A DNA stretch of 64,000 nt from a virus: the IMG/VR virus record IMGVR_UViG_3300027974_000023, positions 64,826 through 128,825 of that record; one strand, 5' to 3'. Position 1 is the first letter of the stretch. Each line of letters begins with the position of its first letter. Shown in pieces: positions 29,389-39,344 of the stretch. The translations under genes and the position numbers were made by a program. The notes under the pieces were generated by a model. The model saw nothing but the letters and a program-made list of their open reading frames with translations. It ran no database searches and was not told where the DNA came from.

Positions 29389-29656
29389 GGCTTTTAACTT
29401 TTAAAAAACTATTTTCTAATTGCTCTTCTGTTAATACACTCAAGACACCTTCATTATCCTTTATAATGTAATTATCAGGATTACACTTCTTAGGGCCCAG
29501 ATCAGTATGCACATATAATGTCAATTGCTTTGTATTTATTGGTATGATAAACTCTGCTTTACCATTTGCAAAAGCAAACACAGAATCTCTATCATCATCT
29601 ATATACTTTAATACATCAACATATGCAGGTTTACTCATATATCTTTCAGCCATCAT
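29372..29656 (-). CDS. hypothetical protein
   Basis: ORF track. Confidence 0.5.
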   Translation of the reverse strand: MMAERYMSKPAYVDVLKYIDDDRDSVFAFANGKAEFIIPINTKQLTLYVHTDLGPKKCNPDNYIIKDNEGVLSVLTEEQLENSFLKVKSHAREK

Positions 29657-29880
29657 GCATCATATTTATTATTCATACTAACCATAGGTGATATTTCTTC
29701 AGCCTCACCATCTTCATCAAAGTCTCTAGCAAGCAAATCAAATTTTGCTTTCTCTAGTAACCCTACTAAAACTGGTATTGCTTCTTTCTGAAATTGAGCT
29801 ATTCTTATCTCATAACTCCCTTTGTCATAAGATAGAATTTCTAAAACTCTAATAGGTTCTTCCGCTTTCTTTTTTGCCAT
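29653..29880 (-). CDS. hypothetical protein
   Basis: Start at MAKKK (29880), downstream of TATATTTG at 29905-29912. Confidence 0.55.
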   Translation of the reverse strand: MAKKKAEEPIRVLEILSYDKGSYEIRIAQFQKEAIPVLVGLLEKAKFDLLARDFDEDGEAEEISPMVSMNNKYDA

Positions 29881-29927
29881 TGTTAATCTTGTTTGTTGGT
29901 TGTACAAATATATGAATTATTTTAAAT

Positions 29928-30200
29928 AAAAAAACCCAGGAAGTAATTCTTGATCAGAGAAACTTTCCTGGGTGTTGCTAACAGTTATATGACTGACTAA
30001 GCGGGGTTCGTCAACCAGACTTAGTGCACATTCATTTTCCTGCGCAGAGAAGGCCAGATCTAGTGAGCAGTTCTTATGGTATGCTTACCTGGCACTGAAC
30101 CTGCAGATCCTATCTACAGGGGAAGAACAAATAAAAAGCCCCGGTGTGACAAGAAGGGCACCGGGGCTTAAACATATAAGGAAGCGGAAACAGCCTTTTA
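29928..30200 (-). ncRNA. candidate structured non-coding RNA
   Basis: GC-rich, six consecutive stem-loops, upstream TACATTTG promoter (30210-30217), terminal hairpin plus U-tract. Confidence 0.5.
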
Positions 30201-30234
30201 ATGTTGGAACAAATGTAATAACTTTTTTAATATA

Positions 30235-30777
30235 TTACTTAAACGAAAACAATTTTCTCTCTTTTATTTTTTTAGCTGGTACTCCTGCTACACACATGTT
30301 AGCTTCAACACTATTTAATACTAAAGAATGTGCATATACACAACTATTCTTTTCTAGAATTACTCCGGGTAATATACTTGTATTGGTTCCTATTGTTACA
30401 AATTCATTTAATATTACTGGGCTAGATCTTACATTTCTAAATTCATCTGACACACATGGATTAGATAAGTATTCTCCTGTAAAATCATCTGATGAAGAGT
30501 ATATGGAAACTCTTGATGATAAACCAGAATAGTCTTTCATTACTATCTTTTCTTTTCCGACAAGTAAACTATAACAACCAATGTGTACATAACTACCAAT
30601 CTCAATACCTTTTTCACCAGCACTTAATATACAAAAGTCATCAATCCTTACATCATTACCAATATGTATATTACCAGGATTATAAATACTACACTTATCA
30701 GATATCAGAACATTCTTACCGTAGGAACCAAACCCTATCTTACTTAATGCTTGATCATCAAGAAACATATATATCAA
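30235..30777 (-). CDS. hexapeptide-repeat sugar acyltransferase (VioB-like)
   Basis: IGNDVRIDDFCILS, IGSYVHIG, VAGVPAKKIKER. Confidence 0.85.
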   Translation of the reverse strand: MIYMFLDDQALSKIGFGSYGKNVLISDKCSIYNPGNIHIGNDVRIDDFCILSAGEKGIEIGSYVHIGCYSLLVGKEKIVMKDYSGLSSRVSIYSSSDDFTGEYLSNPCVSDEFRNVRSSPVILNEFVTIGTNTSILPGVILEKNSCVYAHSLVLNSVEANMCVAGVPAKKIKERKLFSFK

Positions 30778-31381
30778 ATTTAGAAAGATCAGGATAAGCT
30801 AGTTCCAAATCTTCATTACTTATTTTACTTCCGTCACCTTTATAAAACTGACCCATTAGTTGCAAACCTTTTGCTGCTATCTCTGGCATCATATAAAAGT
30901 TCCATCCTAACATAGTGAAATCATCTTCTAAATAAGAACATTCATCTCTACCACTAAATCTAGCTTTTTTAAACCAGAGATATGCCTCATAGTTATCAGT
31001 AAGAATAGCACCGCCTTTACCAAGTTTCAAATGTTTGTATGGCCCAGTAAAAGAAACACACATATGACTTCCTGGAATATACATATCTGCTGTAAACCGT
31101 AAAGCAGAATCCCATACACGTGTCGGTCTCAGTTGATAACATCCTTTTATTGTATCCCCCGGCACATTATAAAACTTAACCTTACCCCCGGCATGCTTTA
31201 TCTCACAAGGAACAGATGGATAAGTCTTACTAGGTATTTCAATTTCTGTATCTTTAATACCTTCATAATACAAAGCCAGAAACAAAGCATTACTCATATT
31301 ATCTATTGCTACGACATAAGGAGCTCCTGTATAATCAGAAACTTTCTTTTCAAACTCTTTTGTTATATCATGAGGATTCAT
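30758..31381 (-). CDS. short DegT/DnrJ/EryC1/StrS-family aminotransferase
   Basis: FEKKVSDYTGAPYVVA, TYPSVP, DSA, SFTGPYKHL...GGAILTD, GWNFYM. Confidence 0.8.
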   Translation of the reverse strand: MNPHDITKEFEKKVSDYTGAPYVVAIDNMSNALFLALYYEGIKDTEIEIPSKTYPSVPCEIKHAGGKVKFYNVPGDTIKGCYQLRPTRVWDSALRFTADMYIPGSHMCVSFTGPYKHLKLGKGGAILTDNYEAYLWFKKARFSGRDECSYLEDDFTMLGWNFYMMPEIAAKGLQLMGQFYKGDGSKISNEDLELAYPDLSKFDIYVS

Positions 31382-32157
31382 CTTACTTCTACAAGTTTAA
31401 TATTAGTTATGAAATTTAAATATAATTTTTCTATTTGTGGTATGAATTCATGTTCAGGTAAAGAAATATAAAATCTAAAATAATTAAGAAAATTTTCTTT
31501 TGATAATAACCGTTTTGGATAATGATACATTCTATATTCTTTATCCAAAATCTTTACTTGATTTTGCATATTATCTAAAGCAAATCCTTCTTCTGTAACT
31601 ATACTATGACCACCTCCTGTAATTTTAAGTTTTGCATTACTTCTTATCATCAAAGGTTTATCATATAAATGAGATTCTTTATCATAATCTCTATCAACAC
31701 CAAACTTTAAACTTCTTAAATCAACATCAGAGTTACCTGTTTCATTATACATATTATAACCCTCAAAAACTATAACATCATACTCCTCTACATCTTTTAA
31801 ATCTTTTTCCCACATATCCACCAGCTCATCATGATCTACTACTATAACCCAATCAGCTGTGGATTTTTTCCAATAATCACTTCTTAAATTATTAATTTTA
31901 TTTACATGATTGACTGTTCTATTTTGATTTTTTGATTTTAAACCATATGTTCTTTCAGCACCAGATAAACAATCATCAGGTTGTGGTATTTCAACAACAT
32001 TACAGCCCATGCTTTTACAGTAAGAAGTAGTGTTGTCGGTAGAATCATCATCAAAAACATTTATGACAGCATCTGGAAATCTCTCTCTATAATGCTCAAT
32101 AAAGAAAGGCATTACATACATGCTGTTAAAACTAATAGTAAATATTTCAACTTTCAT
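31378..32157 (-). CDS. glycosyltransferase family 2-like
   Basis: VFDDDSTDNT, WVIVVDHDE (DxD), YDKP. Confidence 0.8.
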   Translation of the reverse strand: MKVEIFTISFNSMYVMPFFIEHYRERFPDAVINVFDDDSTDNTTSYCKSMGCNVVEIPQPDDCLSGAERTYGLKSKNQNRTVNHVNKINNLRSDYWKKSTADWVIVVDHDELVDMWEKDLKDVEEYDVIVFEGYNMYNETGNSDVDLRSLKFGVDRDYDKESHLYDKPLMIRSNAKLKITGGGHSIVTEEGFALDNMQNQVKILDKEYRMYHYPKRLLSKENFLNYFRFYISLPEHEFIPQIEKLYLNFITNIKLVEVR

Positions 32158-32161
32158 AAAA

Positions 32162-32169
32162 CAAATATA
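32162..32169 (-). promoter_or_regulatory. Bacteroidota-type -7 promoter element (TAnnTTTG) heading the left arm
   Basis: TATATTTG on minus strand; same consensus at 4017, 17525, 22524, 29905, 30210. Confidence 0.6.
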
Positions 32170-32514
32170 TACTTTCCGGGTCTATCTACCAAGCATGTTA
32201 CTACAAGGTAAGTTACCACATGGTAATATGGCTCTCACAACTTTATTAATTTTTTACTTACGGTATTTGGGGCTTGTGTGTGGAATGACTTGAGTGGACC
32301 CCCTAGTACCAGCCGCCCCCCTCCGCTAAAGCTTTGGGGTACCCCCTATGCCTTTGCCCTGCTGGCTGGCACACAGCTGCGCCAACAAACTTTTTTCCTG
32401 CCGGAGAAAAAGTTTCTTTGGTTTGCTACCTAACCTCTTTGCACAGACCCTATCTTTTCCTAACCCTTAACTTAATTGGATAACAATTATTAATTAACCA
32501 AAAAACAAAAAGTT

Positions 32515-32949
32515 ATGAAAGCAGTATTTGAAAAGACTTACAAGTCAGTTAACGCACAAGGTGTATTAACAACCAAGTTTAGATTCCATGTAAAGGGTAC
32601 TAAACAAGAGATAGAAGACTACAAAGCAGACAATCCTAAAGCGGGTGAAGATCCTGTAACAGGAGCACCTATCTTTACAACTATTTACCCAACAGTAGAT
32701 TGTATGAAACCAGGTGGAGTTCCTATGTACAAGTCTACTACAGGAAACTATGGTTTAGACTCTTCAGAGTTTGACGCTATGCAAGCAATAGCTAACAGCA
32801 TTGGTGCAAGTGAGCAATTTAACAAACAAGTAATTGACAATTTAACAGGTAAATTATTTGGCTCACGTACTGCATCTATTGTAACTGTAGCAGACATTGC
32901 AGAAGAAGTTGTAGAAACAACTAATGACGCAGACTTAGATAACATCTAA
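32515..32949 (+). CDS. hypothetical early protein with acidic C-terminal tail
   Basis: First plus-arm gene, biased codons, own terminator. Confidence 0.65.
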   Translation: MKAVFEKTYKSVNAQGVLTTKFRFHVKGTKQEIEDYKADNPKAGEDPVTGAPIFTTIYPTVDCMKPGGVPMYKSTTGNYGLDSSEFDAMQAIANSIGASEQFNKQVIDNLTGKLFGSRTASIVTVADIAEEVVETTNDADLDNI

Positions 32950-32955
32950 CAGCAG

Positions 32956-32984
32956 AGACTACCCGAAAGGGTAGTTTCTTTTTT
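32956..32984 (+). terminator. intrinsic terminator
   Basis: actaccc-gaaa-gggtagt followed by T-tract. Confidence 0.85.
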
Positions 32985-33610
32985 GCTCAATTGCCCTATT
33001 CTTTCCTAACCCTCTATTGATATTGCAATTGTCATTAGACATTCCAATTGCTTTAAGTGTATAGTTATTTTTTTACATGTTAACATGTTAACTTGTTCTC
33101 TACATGGAGTAGTTATCAACAATATGTGCACTATTTGGCTAAATTGTTAATTATAATGGTCTCTACCCTATGGAGAAGTAGCACTTGATTTAGTTATTAA
33201 CTCTATTAATCAAGTAGTTATGTTATTAACAATAGTTATCAACAATAGAATAACTAATGAAGCTGTGACAGATTAAGTAACTCTAACTTACTAATGGTTA
33301 GGTGATTAAAAAGTATGTTAAAGTGTGTGTGAAGTTGTTGAAAGGTGTAATACTCTCACTATACCTTAGGTATATCATGTTAACCTATATTATGCTAACT
33401 ATCTCACACCATACATTTTATATAGCTAGAGTAGGCATACACACATTAATAACAGTACTACTATACTAATCAGTATAACTCTATATACACCTTTACTATT
33501 ACTTGTATGTTCTCTATTACATTAGGAAGATAGTATTTCACAGTAAAGGCTTCCGGAACTCTTTATAAACCCAAGAATATAACCTAAATAATAACCTAAA
33601 CTAAACTACC

Positions 33611-34363
33611 ATGAAAATGTTTAAAGAAAACCACAGTGACATGATCAAGTTACTAAAGAACTTAAAGTTTGAGAAAGACTACACTAAGTTCCACTTCCTA
33701 CAATCAAACAGAATTGTAGATCCTAAACACACTAACAAGATGACTGTTAGTTTAAGAAACATGTCTGCTACCAGACCAATAGTATGTATTAACACTGATG
33801 TTATAGATGGAAAGAAAAAGCTATACATCATAGATGGTCAGCATCTATTCTATTCTCTAATGAAAGAAGAGTCTGAAATACCTTATGTAACATTAGATAT
33901 CAAAGACTTCAAAGACTTGATATATAAAATGGCTCTGTTAAATAACTCTAGCAAGTCTTGGACAGTATTAGATTACATAGTTGCTTATAAGGCAATTGAT
34001 CCGGATTATCAAGCATTGTTTGAACTTAACCTTAAATACTCCATTGAATTAGCAATGTTAGCTGGTATATGTCTTAACAGCAATACTGTTACTATGATAT
34101 CAACTAAAATAAAAGATGGAACATTTAAGAAAACAAATGACAAAACAATTGAAATGTGTGACAAGTTTCAAGATGTATTTACCAGCATTGGTGTAGTTGA
34201 CAGATGGGTTAAACATGCTTTCTATAGTGCATTTATGATGAACTATAACAAATACAAGCATGCAGAAACTATCAGTCACATAAGAAAAAACATCAATACA
34301 ATTAAGATTATGTCTAACAACCAAAAAGTTAAAGATATAATCAATGAACTATTCTTAAAGTAA
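33611..34363 (+). CDS. ParB/Srx-like (DGQH) domain protein
   Basis: SNRIVD, RPIVC, IIDGQH, LNNSSKSWT. Confidence 0.65.
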   Translation: MKMFKENHSDMIKLLKNLKFEKDYTKFHFLQSNRIVDPKHTNKMTVSLRNMSATRPIVCINTDVIDGKKKLYIIDGQHLFYSLMKEESEIPYVTLDIKDFKDLIYKMALLNNSSKSWTVLDYIVAYKAIDPDYQALFELNLKYSIELAMLAGICLNSNTVTMISTKIKDGTFKKTNDKTIEMCDKFQDVFTSIGVVDRWVKHAFYSAFMMNYNKYKHAETISHIRKNINTIKIMSNNQKVKDIINELFLK

Positions 34364-34379
34364 TTTAAAAACAACTAAC

Positions 34380-34607
34380 ATGAGTAAATTAATATTTGTA
34401 TGGTTTCTAATGAATGGAACAGTTACTCCTGCGGGAGAACATGAAGGACATAAACTATATACAATGTGGTTCAAAGACGGCAAGGTTGCTGACTATATGT
34501 ATAAAGGAGAAGTTGTTAACTACATCAAGACAGGTGAACTTGTATATGATGAAGACCTAGAGTATGGTGAACAACTAGATGAAGAAGTATTCTACAGTAA
34601 GAACTAA
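34380..34607 (+). CDS. hypothetical protein
   Basis: ORF track. Confidence 0.5.
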   Translation: MSKLIFVWFLMNGTVTPAGEHEGHKLYTMWFKDGKVADYMYKGEVVNYIKTGELVYDEDLEYGEQLDEEVFYSKN

Positions 34608-34896
34608 TATTATGGTCCGGAAAAGTGTAGATTGGCACATGAAAGTAGCCAGGATGTATAACCTTAAATGGTCAATGCAAGAAATTGCAGATTATCTTAA
34701 AGTTAATATGGAAACAGTACACCACAGTATCACAGTACATTCAGAAATAACCGAATGGTATGATGATGCTGTTGGTGTACACTTTGGAAGCAAGAAAGAA
34801 GCTTACCAAACAGAAAAAGAAATGTTAAAAGGGTACAAGCCACCCAAATACTCAGAGTTGAGTAAAGAAGAAAGAGCTATTTATAAATTACTTTAA
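34579..34896 (+). CDS. HTH-containing protein
   Basis: WSMQEIADYLKVNMETV. Confidence 0.5.
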   Translation: MKKYSTVRTNIMVRKSVDWHMKVARMYNLKWSMQEIADYLKVNMETVHHSITVHSEITEWYDDAVGVHFGSKKEAYQTEKEMLKGYKPPKYSELSKEERAIYKLL

Positions 34897-35540
34897 TAAA
34901 CCTACCATGGAACCATTTAAAAAAATTAAAAACAGAACATTGGGTGTTGAATTAGAAAAACACCTATGTGTATTAGCATCATATGCTGACAACAATGAAA
35001 TTATTGGCTATATGCCTAAGTCTAGACTTACTAAAACATTCTACCACAAGTCTGGTACTGAACTAAAACTAGAAGCTTCACAAAAAACGAAGCAACTAAA
35101 CCCATAACTTTCATGGTAGGAAGGAGGTTGACAAGGGCTCTGTTTAATTACAGGGCCTGAGTTAGCCATATAATGTACTAAAAACTTAAAAATGAAAGAA
35201 CCAAGACTAACAGAAGACCTATATCATAAGATATATGATTTAGAAAGTTACTATGCTAATGTAGATAGAAGCTATCCAGATGGTGTAGACAAAGAAATAA
35301 AGCTGAGAGAGATTCAACAAGAAATCTTAAGCTATGAGAAGAAGATCTATCACATAGATACAGAAAGAGCTATAAAAATGTTTGAGTATACATTGTATGT
35401 TTTTGCAGTTGTAGTATTATTCATACTTTTCTTTTATGTATTAAGATCTTAGACACTTGGAAAGACAAGCGTGAATAGTCTACGTGAGTGACATTACAAC
35501 TAAATTGGGAAACAGAGCTTAGAAATAGGCTCTGTTTTTT

Positions 35541-35888
35541 ATGCTTAAAAGGGAAAAGTACATGAAAAAATTATGGAAGAAATGGTTTGGAAAAACCTAT
35601 TCACAAGATAACAAGTTTGAGTTACTTGTGATAAATGATGAAGTTGATGGTATATATCAGAAACTTGGTGTTACTGAAGAAAGAAGTGAAGAATTAATAA
35701 AGATTATGATTAATGCATATGATGCTAATGATAAAAAGATTCCTGCTATGCAAGAAATGTTAGCTGAATGCAAACATATCAATGAAGTTGTAGTAATACT
35801 AAATTTCTTTGAGAAATACATCTATCAACAGAATTCAAACCCATTTGATGGAATATTAGGTGCTATATTAAAAGATAGAAGAAAATGA
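35541..35888 (+). CDS. hypothetical protein (paralog of 41001-41276)
   Basis: LGVTEER...HINE motif. Confidence 0.55.
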   Translation: MLKREKYMKKLWKKWFGKTYSQDNKFELLVINDEVDGIYQKLGVTEERSEELIKIMINAYDANDKKIPAMQEMLAECKHINEVVVILNFFEKYIYQQNSNPFDGILGAILKDRRK

Positions 35889-36074
35889 AAACAATTATAA
35901 CTTCAGTCTTGGGATTTAATTTTAAGGCTGATATAGTTGATTTGAATGATAACCTCCTACCAACAGGAATTAAGTCAACTTACTTCCCAGATAATATTGA
36001 GCCTATTGCACCTAAAATGGTGAATAAAAAATGGTTTACTTCATTTAATGATGCTCTCTTGAATAAAATAAGAG

Positions 36075-36521
36075 ATGCAAGAACAAATGCCTATGAATAT
36101 TAGAGATGTAAATGTTAGACTAAGCATGGAAGATATTAAACATACTCTGAATCATTTCCTACAGAATTCATCAAAAGAACAAAAAAAAGACTTTGCTCAA
36201 TTGATTGAAGGTTTGTTTCTTGATAATGAACCAGCTTGTGGTATTTTCATTAAGATAGCATTGGGTAACCGATTACCTTCTGTTATACCAGATAATACAC
36301 TAGTTAAAGTTGGTGCAAGTAATTTTTATCTTTCATCAGGTAGACAGTATAAGCACAAAGATGCTGATAATAAAGTTTCAGCTAAAGTTGTAAAGTTCAA
36401 CGGTTGGCATAACTATACCCCTTATACACTAGAGTATATTTATATTGATGCTAATAGTGATGAAGTTACTACAACAGATAGAACTTCAGCCACTGATATT
36501 GAAATTATAGAAGAGTTTTAA
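36075..36521 (+). CDS. hypothetical protein
   Basis: ORF track. Confidence 0.5.
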   Translation: MQEQMPMNIRDVNVRLSMEDIKHTLNHFLQNSSKEQKKDFAQLIEGLFLDNEPACGIFIKIALGNRLPSVIPDNTLVKVGASNFYLSSGRQYKHKDADNKVSAKVVKFNGWHNYTPYTLEYIYIDANSDEVTTTDRTSATDIEIIEEF

Positions 36522-36677
36522 GATAGTAATCTGTGGATTGCTTTTCCCGGTAAATAAGAAGGGAGGTGTAACAACTTCCCTTTATTATTGTTTAGCTATA
36601 TAATGCCATAAAAGAATGTTATGATGACCTATTGTTTTATAGAAACTCTTACATTTACTATGCTTTATACAAACTGA

Positions 36678-36950
36678 ATGATTTATCAATTACCTAACGG
36701 CAAAGTAATCAATATTTCTATTGAACAATATCTTGATATGACAGATCAAGACATTCAGTATTTTATGTCTATAAATGGTGGTGACTATGCTACTAATCCA
36801 TTCACGGATTCAGCTGTAGTCAACAATGCAAAAGAAAAAGCTTATGATTTTGACTATCTTCCTAATGATGAAGAAGATGTTGACAATATTATCTCAGATG
36901 ATGAACCATTTGATGATATCATAGACCTTAACAATCCCTTGAATATATAA
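36678..36950 (+). CDS. acidic hypothetical protein
   Basis: ORF track (MIYQLPNGK...). Confidence 0.6.
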   Translation: MIYQLPNGKVINISIEQYLDMTDQDIQYFMSINGGDYATNPFTDSAVVNNAKEKAYDFDYLPNDEEDVDNIISDDEPFDDIIDLNNPLNI

Positions 36951-37056
36951 TAAACCTACAGGTTTATTTTTACTTATTACATGCTGGAGTATGCATGTGA
37001 TATAGTATTTCTATACTCTCAAAAATCAATTTATTTATTCTTAAAAAATTTGTGTT

Positions 37057-37533
37057 ATGAACTCAAAAGTTAAAGTTGTTGCTAATGAAGCAGGTGCTGT
37101 TATCAACTCATCAAACAATCCAGAATTTGGATTTATCCGTGTAGAACAAGTAAAAAATGTCTTTGATGACAATGGGTTTATGAAAAGAGCAAAGTTATCT
37201 GCTTTAATTCATGGAACAGTAAGTGATCTTGAAGATGCTGGTTATTTTGGTGGTCAAGAATTAGATGGTAAAATTGTTATTATAGAAGCATTAGATCCTT
37301 TTAATGAAAAACAACCATTAAAAGGTATCAAAGAAGCTGGTAAAACAGGTATTGTTTGTACATATGGTGGAATGCCAATCTATAGAAAAACAATTTACAC
37401 TGAAAATGCTGCTACTCAAGATGCTTATGTTAAACATGACAACATTGAAGAAATCAAAAGAGCTTATGCTAAAGCTAAAGCTGCAGAACAAACAAATGAT
37501 GCTGTTAAACCTAATGGTGAATTTGAATTATAA
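37057..37533 (+). CDS. hypothetical protein, possibly OB-fold/SSB-like
   Basis: Biased codons; followed by terminator at 37543-37565. Confidence 0.45.
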   Translation: MNSKVKVVANEAGAVINSSNNPEFGFIRVEQVKNVFDDNGFMKRAKLSALIHGTVSDLEDAGYFGGQELDGKIVIIEALDPFNEKQPLKGIKEAGKTGIVCTYGGMPIYRKTIYTENAATQDAYVKHDNIEEIKRAYAKAKAAEQTNDAVKPNGEFEL

Positions 37534-37822
37534 TTAACAACAGAGGGGTGTAAAAGCCCCTTTTATTTCTGAAACTAAAAAATATATGATTATGGAAAAT
37601 GTAATAAAAATTCAAGCTGAATTGAAAGATTTAGTTAGCAAAGCTGTTGAAATCTTAGAAAAAAATTACAATACAGAAGATATTGAACTTCAAAATCCAG
37701 CAGCTGTTCTCAGTATGTCTTTAGAACATGCTTTATGGGAAATATCTGACTTAGATGAGGAAGATTTAAAATAGTAATTAGTAAAGAGTCTGTTTAGGCA
37801 GGCTCTTTTTATGATTTAAAAA

Positions 37823-38284
37823 ATGTATATGATTATGGAAAAGCTAAAACAAGATGTAAAAAATTACATGTTGCATGGGGATAGAAAGCCTTACATGCAA
37901 TATGAACAAGACAAGTATTCACAGTATCAAAACTATCTCTATAAGAGAGTGTTGTATGGTCTGGATGCATTGCCTTCAGAAGAAGTCTTACTCATGTGTG
38001 GTAAGAAAAAGCAAAGAATAGTAAATGTTTACAAGAAAGCTCAGAGTCTTATCAATAGATATAAGCATGAGATTACTAGAAAGAAAACAAATACTCTTTT
38101 TGCTACATTATTTCCAAATAGTCTTATTACTAAAACTATGATGGAGATAGATGATGTTGATGATAACTTGAAGAATGTCCTTACATTCAAAGACCTTGGT
38201 ATTACTAAGGATCATCTAGTTCAATTGTTTATCAATGAAGGAGTACTTCCAAAGAACTTCTTATCTTTGAAAGAAAAAGCATAA
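37823..38284 (+). CDS. hypothetical protein
   Basis: ORF track. Confidence 0.55.
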   Translation: MYMIMEKLKQDVKNYMLHGDRKPYMQYEQDKYSQYQNYLYKRVLYGLDALPSEEVLLMCGKKKQRIVNVYKKAQSLINRYKHEITRKKTNTLFATLFPNSLITKTMMEIDDVDDNLKNVLTFKDLGITKDHLVQLFINEGVLPKNFLSLKEKA

Positions 38285-38476
38285 TGAGAAAAAATGATAA
38301 TCAGCCAGCATTTGCTACGGTACATGCTGGCTTCCTTCAAATAGGACTAACCAAAAAAGAATATGTTATTGCTTCAGTTACTCAAGGCTTATTAGCTGAA
38401 GGTAAATGGAAAGGTATTGAAGAAGGCTTTCCTGATAGAGTAAAAGCAATTACTGAAACAGTATTAAAACTAATGG

Positions 38477-38869
38477 ATGAAAAAGCTTAAAGTTTGTAGT
38501 GGATGTCAGGAAGAAAAAGTTATCTGGAAAAATCATGAAGGAAACCGTTACTGCCAGTATTGTTGGGCTAAGGTTAAATCAGGTGATCCTGAACATAAGA
38601 ATGTGATTCCACAGGTATCTGCTAAAAAGAAAAAGCAAGATGCTGAGTACCTTAAGCTAAGAGCAAGATTTCTCACAGAAAATCCAATGTGTGAAATTGG
38701 TGTATCAGGTTGTACAAGAAATTCTACAGATGTTCATCATATCAGAGGAGGTGAAGAAAGAAGTGTTTACTATTTAATTCAATCCACTTGGAGAAGTTCA
38801 TGTAGGAATTGTCATGATTGGATTCATAATTTTCCAGAAAAAGCAAGAATAATGGGTTGGTTAAAATAA
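38477..38869 (+). CDS. Zn-finger/HNH nuclease-like protein
   Basis: CSGC, CQYC, TDVHHIRG, CRNCHDWIH. Confidence 0.7.
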   Translation: MKKLKVCSGCQEEKVIWKNHEGNRYCQYCWAKVKSGDPEHKNVIPQVSAKKKKQDAEYLKLRARFLTENPMCEIGVSGCTRNSTDVHHIRGGEERSVYYLIQSTWRSSCRNCHDWIHNFPEKARIMGWLK

Positions 38870-39344
38870 ATTATCATGGATTATAATAATGTTATTAATA
38901 GAACCATTTTATTATATCATGTGGATAGACAAAGAGAATTTAAGAAATTAAAAGAAGACTTAAAAACTTGTTGTTGCTTTCCAACTAGAAAAAAAATTAA
39001 AACTAGATTGGAGGAGCTAGAAATCATTTTAAGCAGAGATTATGCATTAGATAAAATAAATTTAGCAAACAAATTGGGTGTAAAATACAAAGATCTTAAT
39101 GATTATCCTAAAATGATTGAAATTGAACACAAATCAAGAATCCTTAAAAGAGCATTAGCATGAGTAAACCAAATGTAAAACAGATAACAGAAGTTGCAAA
39201 AAAATCTGAAACAATTGGTAACATTTGCTATGAAGAATTTCAAAAAACAAATAAATTAGAGGCCGCTAAAGTTGCTCTTAATGCTTTTAGAAACACTTTG
39301 TATGCAAACAGCTTACTAATTAAAAATGAAAAAATCTAAATAAT

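Larger units (their letters stand above)
32448..33013 (+). repeat. 20-nt direct repeat (32448-32467 and 32994-33013), candidate early promoter
   Basis: ccctatcttttcctaaccct versus ccctattctttcctaaccct, 18/20 identical. Confidence 0.65.

Noticed and set aside
30146-30532. Plus-strand 128-aa ORF and similar antisense ORFs (e.g. 1564, 6559, 21797)
   Set aside because: Shadows of well-supported genes on the opposite strand.
32950-33600. CRISPR array or tRNA cluster in the long intergenic region
   Set aside because: No regularly spaced repeats and no cloverleaf or T-loop signature found.
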